From positions 1 through 61,646 of the forward strand of contig CAYMIA010000006.1 of the NCBI GenBank assembly GCA_964390595.1: a DNA stretch of 61,646 bases, read 5' to 3'. Shown here piece after piece: positions 33,945 through 43,567 of this stretch. Source of the DNA: an uncultured Gammaproteobacteria bacterium (GTDB lineage Bacteria > Patescibacteriota > Microgenomatia > Daviesbacterales > UBA10151). How positions within the stretch are numbered: position 1 is the first letter of the stretch; the number at the start of each line of letters is the position of its first letter. The translations under genes were made by a program, and so were the position numbers. Under the pieces are notes generated by a model that was not told the DNA's origin, ran no database searches, and was given only the letters and a program-made list of their open reading frames with translations.

Positions 33945-36900
33945 ATGGCTAAAACTGCTCAAGGTAAAAATTTAAGAGGGTTTCTATCAGTTGGTAAAGC
34001 TGCTAAATTTCTTGGTGTCTCTCCTGACACTTTAAGAAATTGGGAAGCAGCTGGTAAACTTGTCCCTGAAAGAACTATCGGTGGCGCCAGAAGATATAGC
34101 CTAGAACAAATTGCTCCTCTCCAAAAAGAACTTAACCTAAGATTCCGGAAACCACTCGGGATGTCAATATCTAAAGCGGCTACCCAGCTTCATGTCTCTC
34201 CTGATACTTTAAGAAATTGGGAAGAACAAGGTAAGCTGATGGCTCACCGGACTGACGGGGGAGCTAGAAGATTTCCTAAATCAGAGATCAGCCGGCTAAA
34301 ATCTGAGCTAGGGGTAAAGGAGCCAGTTTTTGCCCCACTACCTCCAGTATCTATACCAGAGCCTTTGAAAAAATCTAAAAAGATCTGGCTCTTCCCAAGT
34401 TTTGGGTTTGTTGTTTTAATAGCAGTACTACTTATCTTAATCAAATCATCTCCTAACACTAATTTTCTAGATCTAAAGAACTCAAATGACGACCTCAATA
34501 AAAAACTTTACAGTTTAGCTACTACCTTGGAAAAACTTCAAAGTTCATTCTCTAAGCTTCAATCTGGTAAATTAGGAGATACATCTAAAGTCTTAGCTGA
34601 AAATACCGGCGGTGAATTTATTGAAATAAATGCCGATACCAATATTAATGGAATATTAAAAGTCCAAGGCGTCAAGGTTGATGGTAAAGATGTGATTACT
34701 TCTTTAACTCCTGGTTCAGGTATCTCGTTAGGAAATGGGACTGCTCCAACCATTGCATCTACCGATACCCTAAGTAATGTTGTTGCTAGGGGAGCCATAA
34801 CTGATCTGAGCCTGACCTTAAATGGGATACTCAACTTAGGAAATGCTTTGAATCTTGGTAAACTAGCCTCAGATCCTAGTAATGCCACTAACGGTGCTAC
34901 TTATTACAATACTACATCAAATAGTTTCAGATGCTATATAAATGGATCATGGAGTGATTGTGATACGAGTGGAACTGCTGGTCTAACCTCAGTGACTTTA
35001 GGTAGCTCGGATGTGACTGGAACACTGGGAGTTGGTAATGGTGGAACTGGAGTCAGTACAGCTCCTACCTCTGGGCAGCTACTAATTGGTAACTCATCTG
35101 GAAGTTATAGTTTAGCCACCCTCACAGCCGGAACCGGAGTGACTATCACCAACGGCTCAGGAAATATTACTATTACCAGTACTGGAGGCTCTGAAACTTT
35201 AGCAACAGTCACAGCCAGAGGAGCCACAACTGATACAGCCATTACCCTTTCTAACTCCTCTCCCCTGACTTTATCTAACTCAGCTTTTACTACTACAGGA
35301 GGATTACTAAAAACAACTATTACCACTGGAGTCTTGGGGCTAGCGACAGCTGGAACAGACTATGAAGTACCCCTGACCTTTACCAATGGACTGACTAGAA
35401 CTGGTAACTCAGTGGCATTTGGAGGAACCATTGGCTCAGATACTACTATTAATATTGGTTCCAATAATTTTATTATCTCTGGAACCGGTAATGTGGGAAT
35501 TGGGACTTCTAATCCTCAACAAAAACTAGATGTCTCAGGTAATATTAATGTCTTTGATCCAGTTACCCAAAAAGGCACTATCACCACTGGAGTTGGTGGA
35601 GGGTTAGATAAATACTGGACTACCAGTGCTGATTTTAATGCCGCAACCTCTGCTAACTTTTCTGCAGGTATGCAATACCCAGCAAGTGCTAACCAACTTA
35701 ATCTAAATGGGGCCAGTGTTGGGGATGGACACGATGGAGCAGTGACATTTAATTCCAGTACTAATATCAATACAACTAATACTATTACTGGCCGAACTTG
35801 CTCTGATGGTGGTGATGCAGTTAATTACTCAGTGTCTTCCTTAACTTCTACTACTGCTACTCTTTCCTCTACCCCTTCAGCTGGTTGTTTTACAGTTGGA
35901 GATGAATTCGTGTTGGTTAATATGCAAGGTACTTCTTCCAATAACGGCAATGTTGGTAATTACGAATATTTAAACATTCAATCAATATCCTCAAACGTCA
36001 TAACATTTTCTTCCTCTAAGACTAAATTTTACGGTAATGGCACAAATTCTGATGATACTAATATTGGCACTGGCGGAACTAATCAAAAAGTTATGCTTCA
36101 AAGGGTGCCTAATTATTCGAATGTGACTATCAATAATGGAGTTACCATTACACCAACTGCTTGGAGTGGAACTAAGGGAGGTTTGCTAATGTTTAAGGCT
36201 AATGGAACAGTTACGAATAACGGAGCCATAAGTGCTAACGGCTCAGGTTATAGAGGCGGTTCAGCTTCAGACGGGAATGGTGAAAGCTATGATGGGACCG
36301 TTGGATCTGGAGGAACTGGAGGTGGAGTAGCTGGTACTTCAGGCGGAGGTTCATCGACTAATAATAACACTACCTCTTCTGGAACTCGTGGCGGTGGAGG
36401 TGGTGGAGGTGCAGGGGCCGGAGACGGTAACGAAGCTGCTGGAGGTGGAGCTGGAGGCGGTTATGGTGGCGGTGGCGGTGGCGGTGGAGGAGGTGGGGAT
36501 TGTAATGCTGCTGGTGGCTCTGGTGGATCGGGCGGAGGAACAGGGGTAAATGCTGGTGGGGGAAGTGCGGGAGGTAAAGGTGGCGGTGGTATATGTTCAG
36601 GTGATACTGGAGGAAGTGCTCCAAATGCTGGTTCAGGCTCTCATGGAGGTGGATCAGGTGGTGGCGCTGGATCAGGTGCTACTACTGGTCAAGGGGCGGG
36701 TAGCTCAAATAGTTCAGGGGGTGCTGGTGGAGGCGGTGGAGGCGGATTGTATGGATCGGCGACTCTGACTAACTTATTTCCTGGTTCTGGTGGAGGCGGT
36801 GGTGGTCCATCCGTAGGACAAGCTGGAGCTGTTGGAGGTGCCGGTGGTGGTGTAGTCGCTATTCAAGCATTCACATTTACTAATAATGGAGTTGGAACTG

Positions 36901-39900
36901 TTACTTCGAATGGTACTGCTGGTACAACTGCTTCTACTAGCTATGGTTCCTCTGGGGCAGGTGGATCCGGAGGAAGTATTTTTATTAAGGCTTTTAGTGG
37001 CACATTAGGAACAAATTTATTAGTGGCAACAGGCGCTAGTGGTGGAGGTGTCATCAGCGTAGGTGCAGGTGGAGGTAGTGGTGGTGTTGGACGAATTGCA
37101 ATTCAATACATAAGTTTATCTGGAACAACAAATCCTTCTGCCAATACTACGGCTTTATCTACTTGGTATGCAACTGGTGATCAAACTTGGACTTCAGATG
37201 TAGTTGATGCTGGAGTGTCTAATACCTTCCAACCTAATAAATTTACAGCGACTTGGGCACTGGATGGCACAGATAATACTTATCCTAAATTTCAAATTCA
37301 AGGTTCAACAGCTTCTAATTTTCCGAATACTTCCTCCACTAAAACCTATCCTGAAGGAGTTAATGGGACTTCTTCCTCTCAGTACTATCAAAATGGTGGG
37401 ACAGTTTCCATTACCTCGGGAGTTGATACAACAATTGTTAGCCAAGTAACCTCAGCTTTTAGATACTGGCGGGTAATTGCTACAATTAATACTGGTTCAA
37501 CAGCGACAGATACCCCAATTGTTTATGATGTGAGGCTTCAAGATGACAAGCCATTGATCTTTCAATCAAATGGACAATACGTGGGTATCGGTACTACCTC
37601 TCCCAATGCCACTTTGGATATATTATCTTCAAACACCACTGTCCCAACCCTACAGGTAACTAATACTGGGGCAGTCACTGGTAACTTTATCAATACTGCC
37701 GCTGATTCATTAACTACAGGTACAGGATGGAATATGTCTCTTGGAGGGATTACTTCAGGAACAGGGTTAAATTTGACCTCTACCTCAAATACTTTTGGAT
37801 CAGCCTCGTTAATAAGTGCTTCTTTAACTCAATCAGCAGCTGCAAATGGCAACTCAGGAAATTTTGTTAATGTGGCTTATTCACCGACTTATTCGACTGC
37901 AGTTACTACCCCATCGATCTCTGGTAATTTATTGAATTTATCCCGATCAATTACTAGCAGCGCTAGCTTTGCTTCAACTCTGACTGTTTCCGGAGCGATT
38001 GCTTCTATTTCAGATTCAGCTACTCAATTAACAGGCACAATTACCTCGACTGCTGATGTATTGAGGTTGCAACAAAACTATACTAGCAATACTGGGGCTG
38101 TTTTGAATGTCTCAGGCGGTGGAGCAGCCACAGGCTATGCTTTGAGAGTCAATGATGATGGCACATTTACTGATTCTACTCCTTTTGTGATAGATAACAC
38201 TGGTAATGTCGGAATTGGGACAACTGCCCCCAGAGCAGCCCTGGATACTACTGGTCTGTCAGTCAGTGGTAGAGTTTCTTTTTCTGGAACTCAATCTAAT
38301 GGAGGGAGGTTAAGGTTTGCTCCTTATGGTGGTTTATCTGCTCCAAAGAATATGACGCTGCAAGGTAGTGGGACAGTTTCTTCAAATAATGATGGAACCT
38401 TTACTTTAACTGATACAACTGGGGCTTGGACAACTGGCTGGACTTCATCTGCAAGTTATTCAAGACTAGCAGGTAGAGCGTTGGAGTGGACAGTGGATAC
38501 CTCTGGAGTTTCAACAGCTCAGACTGATCATATGATGATTGGTTGGGGTAATGGGACTTCAATGGCTTCAGCCAACAATTACCAAAACATTAATCATGCA
38601 GTTTATTTTGATAAGCCAATTGGGGGAACTTACACCATTGAGGTATATGAATCTGGAAACTCCCGAGGTACCATATACACCGCTACCTGGGGTGACACTA
38701 TTCATGTCATGGTCGTTCTTAGATCAACAGGTGCCTACTACTATTTCAAGAAAAACAACAATCCAAATTGGGAACTTCTCTATGCCAATACCAGCACAGA
38801 TACTACTGCAACTCTCTATCCTCAAATTGCAGTCCACTCAGGTAGGTATGTTATTCATGATATGTTTGCCTATGACCAGGAAAATATTGCTTCTCAGGTT
38901 GGAGACAGCTTGCTGGCGATTGACTCTGGCAATGTGGGAATAGGTGTTACTACTACATCAGCGAAGTTACAGGTTAATTCGACCCAAACTTCTGGAGCAC
39001 TTGGTAAGTTTGGAGCCCCATCTGCCACAACCCTAGCTGGGACTTTAACTGGATTATCGGTGGATACATCAACCAACTATACAGCTACTGGCCAGTCGAT
39101 CACTAACTTGAGCCTAGCAGTTAATCCAACAGTGACAAATACCGGTTCATCAACATATAACTACAAAGGATTAGTAGTAACAGGCAATTCTCTTTCTCAG
39201 ACTACTGCCACAGGCACTGATAACTGGAATGGAGTTGATGTAACTATTCCCTCACTGACAGCTAACTTTGCTGGATCAACTGTTAATGGTAATGGTCTGG
39301 CAATCACTACAGGCACAGTAACTCAGACTTTAGGCACTATTACAGGTAATGGGGTTAATCTGACTCTAGGGACAACCAGTAATGGTGGGACTCAAAATGG
39401 AGTATTACTCTCTACTCCTGCATTAACTCAAACTGCTGCTGTGACTTCTAACTTTACAGGACTTAACTTATCTTCAGCTGGAGCATTAGTGCAAAATACA
39501 GCGGCTGGAACTCTCAATTGGAAAGGTCTAAACATCCAGATGCCCAATATTACTCAAACTACAGGCACAGTTACCTCAAAAGGAATAGCCATTACTGGAG
39601 GAACAGTTACCTCAGGCACAGCGTACTCTTTAGTGGCTGATGCTAATGCTGGCAGCGCTGGCTTTGGAACACTCACCCCCGCCGCCTCATCACTTTTAGA
39701 GCTAAGCTCAACGAGTAAAGGATTTTTACCTCCTAGAATGAACTCAACTCAAAGGGATGCGATTAGTTCACCAGCCACAGGCTTATTTATTTATGATACT
39801 AGCTCAAGTCAATTTGATTTCTATAACGGTGCTACTTGGTCCGCGATTAGTGGATCAACTGTCACTCTTCAAAATGCTTATACCAACTCGACTTCGCCAG

Positions 39901-42900
39901 AGTTAACTTTGGATGCCACTAGGGGGGCCTTAACTATTAGAGATGCCTCTTCTCCTCTGGGAGCTAATTTATTAGAGGTCCAAAACAATGGGGGAGGTTC
40001 AACTTACTTAGCAGTGTCAGCTTCCGGTACCACTTTGGCTAACACTACTACTCTCTCAGCACTAACAAACAACAATGGGGTGCTTTACACTAATGGTTCA
40101 GGTGTGGTTGGACAATCAGCCACTGGAGGGGCTGGAACCTTATGTTTAGTTTCTACAGATGGAGGAGGTCCAGCCTGGAGTAGCTGTTCAGGTTCGGCCT
40201 CAACCTCTTGGTCAAATCTGTCTAACCCATCGGCCAATTTAACTTTAGGAATGGCTGCTAACACCAGCACTTTCAACTGGGATTCACTCACCTCTGGGAC
40301 TGGGCTAACTTTAGCTTCAGCTAGTTTGACTACAGGCAAGGTTTTGGATATTAATACTGGTGCTAACAATACCTTAACCACTGGAAACTTAGTTAATGTC
40401 TCCAGCTCTGCTACTTCAGGTGGTGGCTCAGGATCATCAACTCTGCTCAACTTATCGAGATCAGGGGCTAACTCCAATGCTTCACACACTGCTTATGGAA
40501 TTCAGTCAGCAGTCACTAATACTGGAACAACTTCTACTAATATTGCTGGCTATTTCTCCGCCTCAGGAGCAACTAATAACTATGCTCTAATCGCTGCTGC
40601 AGGTAATGTTGGGATAGGGACCACAGGCCCAGGATCGCTCTTTGAAGTTTCAGGTGGAGGAGCCAAACTGGGTAATCTAGCTGCTCCCACAATTGGTTCA
40701 ATTAGCTGTTCAACTTCAGGTGGAACATTAGGAACTGGGACTTATTACTATAAAGTGACCTATTTAGATGCTAATGGCAATGAATCTGCAGCCTCTGCTG
40801 AAGCCTCAGATACTGTTGCCTCAGGATCAACTGGTTCTTGTACAGTTAATTGGACAGATATTTCAGGTTATACCAGTTATAGAATCTACCGAAGCACTGC
40901 CAGCGGAGTTCAAAATGTTTACTATACCGATACAGCCACACCGTACCTTGATACTAACGCTGCCTCCACCAATGGCAAGCCACCTACAAATGGTACCTCG
41001 CTAACTACTACTGGAGACATTACAACTGGTGGAGTAGTTAAAGGAGGCGTAATTGGTGCCAGGGTTTATAACAGTGGCAACATTAGCATTGGCACCTCTC
41101 AAACTTTCATGACCTTTGATTCTGAGCGTTTTGATACTGATAACATCCATGATACAGGTTCAAACACTGGTCGCCTAACAGCTAGAACTCCTGGAAAATA
41201 TGCCATTTCAGCGCATTACCGATTTACTATAGCCACTAGCGATAAGCAGCTAGCTATTAGATATACAACTGCTGCGGGCGCTTTTTCTGATATTGCTTAT
41301 GCCACTTATACTAGCTCTTGTTGCGCTGGAGAAGGTAGTATCTCCACGATCTATGACTTAAATGCTGGGGATTATGTGACAACCAGTGCTCAATCAATAA
41401 GCTCTGCCTCAGTCTTTGCAGCGGGTAACTACTCACCGGAATTTACTATGATTAGAATTGCTGGTGCAGATTTAGCTGAGAGTTATGGAATTACTGACCA
41501 ATCAATTAATGAAGGGGACATAGTTTCAGTCTCAAGTGATAATCTTTTTAGCAATCAAGGGACAGTTGGCAAATCAACTAAGTCCTATCAAAAAGTAGCT
41601 GGAGTTATCTCAACTAACCCTGCAGTTTTAATGGGGAATAGTGTTGATTCGCAAAATACTAGAGCAATTGGTTTGAAAGGAAAAGTCCCAGTTAAAGTAA
41701 CCAGCCTGGGTGGGCCAATTAAGACCGGAGATGATATTGCTGCCTCAGAAGTACCTGGGTTTGGCAAGAAAGCTCTGAGGCCTGGCTATATTGCAGCTCA
41801 AGCGCTAGAAGATTTTGACCCAAGCAAACTAACATGCAAGGATGTTGACTCCGTAGATAATATAGTTTGGGATCCCAACTCAGGTCTAGGTGGAAAAATA
41901 GAATGCTTCAAAGTCAGCCTACCAGGCACACAAGGCCAGGCCTTGGAGGCACGAACTATTTATGTCTCCAAAATTCTGGCCTTTATTGACACAGGTTTTG
42001 CGGATCATTCCGATCTTTTAAGTAAGATCGCCGCTAATTTTAGTTTGGATGAAAATGGTAATCTGCAGGCACCACTTTTGAAAGTAGGCAAGTTAACTCT
42101 GGATCCAACCTTAGCAGCTAACATCAAACCTGCCGATTCTGGTTCACTTGACCAAACAACTTTACTTGCCTCAGGCACTCCAGCCACCGTGACTGAGAAT
42201 ATGATTCTAGCTGCCCAGGTTGATAACCATGAAAAAAGATTAGCCAACCTGGAAACTAAAGAGGCCACTAATTCAGCAATTTTACTGGATCATGCCCGGG
42301 AGTTAGCTTCATCATCAGCTCAACTAGCCAGTTTAACTGATAATATCTCCTCCCAGTCTGGACTATTAACCGACGCCCAAAATGAAATTAGTGATCTTAA
42401 ACTAAAACTGACAGCCCCGGATATATTACTGGCTACAGCCTCCGCTAACTTGGCAAAAATCAATGTCAGCGATACAATCTCCACAGCTCATTTTGAATCA
42501 CTTGATGCTAAAGTTTCAGACAACTTCAAAGTTTATGGCCAAAGCTTCTTAGCTAACACCACAGTAGCAGGGGACTTTGTGCAAGATGGCACTCTGACAA
42601 TCACCAACGGATCTACCATCAACTCTTATGGCACCATGTATCTCCAAAATTCCCCTCTGGCCGAAAAATTAGACATCTTCAATGGACAGGTCACAATAGA
42701 TAATAAGGGTACATTAGTAGCTCAAAATATATCAGCCAAAACTGTCAAAGTCGCTGAATACAAAGTCATCTCTGGTAAAACTTCAGGTTCAGGAGTAATT
42801 AAAGCTGGGACAAAATCAGTTGATATATTAAATGGGGTAGTCAATCAAACTTCCAGAATTTTGATTACTCCAACCTCCGATACAGATTTTGTGCTTGCCG

Positions 42901-43022
42901 TCACCTCAAAAATTAATGCTGACCCAACTACTAATAAATTAGGCAAATTCACCGTTTCCGCCCCCAAAATAGCCCCGGCAGACCTTAGTTTTGACTGGTG
43001 GATGATCAATGAGGAACCATAA
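33945..43022 (+). CDS. Giant (3025 aa) membrane-anchored protein: two N-terminal excisionase/MerR-type HTH domains, one TM helix, and a tail-fibre-like ectodomain with Gly-rich, FN3-like and C1q-like modules
   Basis: HTH 1: LSVGKAAKFLGVSPDTLRNWEAAGKLVPERTIGGARRY. HTH 2: MSISKAATQLHVSPDTLRNWEEQGKLMAHRTDGGARRF. KKSKK followed by IWLFPSFGFVVLIAVLLILI gives an N-in TM helix. GNVGIGTxxP...L[DE]V occurs five times, a motif typical of tail-fibre-like proteins. There is also a poly-Gly block, plus MTFDSERFDTDNIHDTGSNTGRLTARTPGKYAISAHY (C1q-like). Confidence 0.85.
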   Translation: MAKTAQGKNLRGFLSVGKAAKFLGVSPDTLRNWEAAGKLVPERTIGGARRYSLEQIAPLQKELNLRFRKPLGMSISKAATQLHVSPDTLRNWEEQGKLMAHRTDGGARRFPKSEISRLKSELGVKEPVFAPLPPVSIPEPLKKSKKIWLFPSFGFVVLIAVLLILIKSSPNTNFLDLKNSNDDLNKKLYSLATTLEKLQSSFSKLQSGKLGDTSKVLAENTGGEFIEINADTNINGILKVQGVKVDGKDVITSLTPGSGISLGNGTAPTIASTDTLSNVVARGAITDLSLTLNGILNLGNALNLGKLASDPSNATNGATYYNTTSNSFRCYINGSWSDCDTSGTAGLTSVTLGSSDVTGTLGVGNGGTGVSTAPTSGQLLIGNSSGSYSLATLTAGTGVTITNGSGNITITSTGGSETLATVTARGATTDTAITLSNSSPLTLSNSAFTTTGGLLKTTITTGVLGLATAGTDYEVPLTFTNGLTRTGNSVAFGGTIGSDTTINIGSNNFIISGTGNVGIGTSNPQQKLDVSGNINVFDPVTQKGTITTGVGGGLDKYWTTSADFNAATSANFSAGMQYPASANQLNLNGASVGDGHDGAVTFNSSTNINTTNTITGRTCSDGGDAVNYSVSSLTSTTATLSSTPSAGCFTVGDEFVLVNMQGTSSNNGNVGNYEYLNIQSISSNVITFSSSKTKFYGNGTNSDDTNIGTGGTNQKVMLQRVPNYSNVTINNGVTITPTAWSGTKGGLLMFKANGTVTNNGAISANGSGYRGGSASDGNGESYDGTVGSGGTGGGVAGTSGGGSSTNNNTTSSGTRGGGGGGGAGAGDGNEAAGGGAGGGYGGGGGGGGGGGDCNAAGGSGGSGGGTGVNAGGGSAGGKGGGGICSGDTGGSAPNAGSGSHGGGSGGGAGSGATTGQGAGSSNSSGGAGGGGGGGLYGSATLTNLFPGSGGGGGGPSVGQAGAVGGAGGGVVAIQAFTFTNNGVGTVTSNGTAGTTASTSYGSSGAGGSGGSIFIKAFSGTLGTNLLVATGASGGGVISVGAGGGSGGVGRIAIQYISLSGTTNPSANTTALSTWYATGDQTWTSDVVDAGVSNTFQPNKFTATWALDGTDNTYPKFQIQGSTASNFPNTSSTKTYPEGVNGTSSSQYYQNGGTVSITSGVDTTIVSQVTSAFRYWRVIATINTGSTATDTPIVYDVRLQDDKPLIFQSNGQYVGIGTTSPNATLDILSSNTTVPTLQVTNTGAVTGNFINTAADSLTTGTGWNMSLGGITSGTGLNLTSTSNTFGSASLISASLTQSAAANGNSGNFVNVAYSPTYSTAVTTPSISGNLLNLSRSITSSASFASTLTVSGAIASISDSATQLTGTITSTADVLRLQQNYTSNTGAVLNVSGGGAATGYALRVNDDGTFTDSTPFVIDNTGNVGIGTTAPRAALDTTGLSVSGRVSFSGTQSNGGRLRFAPYGGLSAPKNMTLQGSGTVSSNNDGTFTLTDTTGAWTTGWTSSASYSRLAGRALEWTVDTSGVSTAQTDHMMIGWGNGTSMASANNYQNINHAVYFDKPIGGTYTIEVYESGNSRGTIYTATWGDTIHVMVVLRSTGAYYYFKKNNNPNWELLYANTSTDTTATLYPQIAVHSGRYVIHDMFAYDQENIASQVGDSLLAIDSGNVGIGVTTTSAKLQVNSTQTSGALGKFGAPSATTLAGTLTGLSVDTSTNYTATGQSITNLSLAVNPTVTNTGSSTYNYKGLVVTGNSLSQTTATGTDNWNGVDVTIPSLTANFAGSTVNGNGLAITTGTVTQTLGTITGNGVNLTLGTTSNGGTQNGVLLSTPALTQTAAVTSNFTGLNLSSAGALVQNTAAGTLNWKGLNIQMPNITQTTGTVTSKGIAITGGTVTSGTAYSLVADANAGSAGFGTLTPAASSLLELSSTSKGFLPPRMNSTQRDAISSPATGLFIYDTSSSQFDFYNGATWSAISGSTVTLQNAYTNSTSPELTLDATRGALTIRDASSPLGANLLEVQNNGGGSTYLAVSASGTTLANTTTLSALTNNNGVLYTNGSGVVGQSATGGAGTLCLVSTDGGGPAWSSCSGSASTSWSNLSNPSANLTLGMAANTSTFNWDSLTSGTGLTLASASLTTGKVLDINTGANNTLTTGNLVNVSSSATSGGGSGSSTLLNLSRSGANSNASHTAYGIQSAVTNTGTTSTNIAGYFSASGATNNYALIAAAGNVGIGTTGPGSLFEVSGGGAKLGNLAAPTIGSISCSTSGGTLGTGTYYYKVTYLDANGNESAASAEASDTVASGSTGSCTVNWTDISGYTSYRIYRSTASGVQNVYYTDTATPYLDTNAASTNGKPPTNGTSLTTTGDITTGGVVKGGVIGARVYNSGNISIGTSQTFMTFDSERFDTDNIHDTGSNTGRLTARTPGKYAISAHYRFTIATSDKQLAIRYTTAAGAFSDIAYATYTSSCCAGEGSISTIYDLNAGDYVTTSAQSISSASVFAAGNYSPEFTMIRIAGADLAESYGITDQSINEGDIVSVSSDNLFSNQGTVGKSTKSYQKVAGVISTNPAVLMGNSVDSQNTRAIGLKGKVPVKVTSLGGPIKTGDDIAASEVPGFGKKALRPGYIAAQALEDFDPSKLTCKDVDSVDNIVWDPNSGLGGKIECFKVSLPGTQGQALEARTIYVSKILAFIDTGFADHSDLLSKIAANFSLDENGNLQAPLLKVGKLTLDPTLAANIKPADSGSLDQTTLLASGTPATVTENMILAAQVDNHEKRLANLETKEATNSAILLDHARELASSSAQLASLTDNISSQSGLLTDAQNEISDLKLKLTAPDILLATASANLAKINVSDTISTAHFESLDAKVSDNFKVYGQSFLANTTVAGDFVQDGTLTITNGSTINSYGTMYLQNSPLAEKLDIFNGQVTIDNKGTLVAQNISAKTVKVAEYKVISGKTSGSGVIKAGTKSVDILNGVVNQTSRILITPTSDTDFVLAVTSKINADPTTNKLGKFTVSAPKIAPADLSFDWWMINEEP

Positions 43023-43039
43023 TAAAAACAAAAAGCTTG

Positions 43040-43068
43040 CTTGACGAAAACTTACTAAGTTCATACAA
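43040..43068 (+). promoter_or_regulatory. Candidate promoter TTGACG-N17-TACAAT
   Basis: TTGACG at 43040-43045 and TACAAT at 43063-43068, 27 nt upstream of ATG 43096. Confidence 0.5.
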
Positions 43069-43095
43069 TGCGATTACATAGATTTTACAAAAATT

Positions 43096-43542
43096 ATGCC
43101 CAAAACTGTTAAAAGTAATCCTAATTTAACATCCAAAGCGATCTCTGATTCCAAAAGAGATGACGCCTGGCTTCTTTCTAGGTTAAACTACTTATGGGAA
43201 AGTCATTTTGACAACGTTGATCAAGTCAACCCAGTTTTTATCCGCTTTGGCAGATATTCTAAATTCCGCTTAGGGTCAATCCGGATGGAGCGGACTACTA
43301 AGAAATCCTATATTACTATCACAGGCATGTTTAAAGATCCATCTATCCCCATTGAGGTAGTCGATCATACAATTGGTCACGAGCTTTGCCATTATGCCCA
43401 TGGCTTTTCCTCCCCCAAGCCAAGACTACATAAATATCCTCATCATGGTGGCGTAATCAAGAAGGAGTTAGAATCTAGAGGCTTGCACAAATTAGTTAAA
43501 GCATATAATATCTGGCTCAAAGAGTACCGAAGAACTCTTTAA
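43096..43542 (+). CDS. SprT-like / DUF45-type zinc metallopeptidase-fold protein
   Basis: HExxH motif in VVDHTIGHELCHYAHGF. Small (148 aa) and basic. Confidence 0.5.
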   Translation: MPKTVKSNPNLTSKAISDSKRDDAWLLSRLNYLWESHFDNVDQVNPVFIRFGRYSKFRLGSIRMERTTKKSYITITGMFKDPSIPIEVVDHTIGHELCHYAHGFSSPKPRLHKYPHHGGVIKKELESRGLHKLVKAYNIWLKEYRRTL

Positions 43543-43567
43543 GCTAAAGCCTGCCCAACTTTAAAAT

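Noticed and set aside
36290-36830. Collagen-like triple-helix region in the giant protein
   Set aside because: The Gly runs lack Gly-X-Y periodicity and Pro, so this is a poly-Gly low-complexity tract and not collagen.
34244-42268. Antisense or alternative-frame ORFs inside the 3025-aa gene (e.g. 34559-34888, 36370-36624 His/Leu/Arg-rich, 38539-38943, 40085-40489)
   Set aside because: Same reasoning. These are compositional artefacts of a stop-poor repetitive gene, and 36370-36624 is simply the complement of the poly-Gly block.
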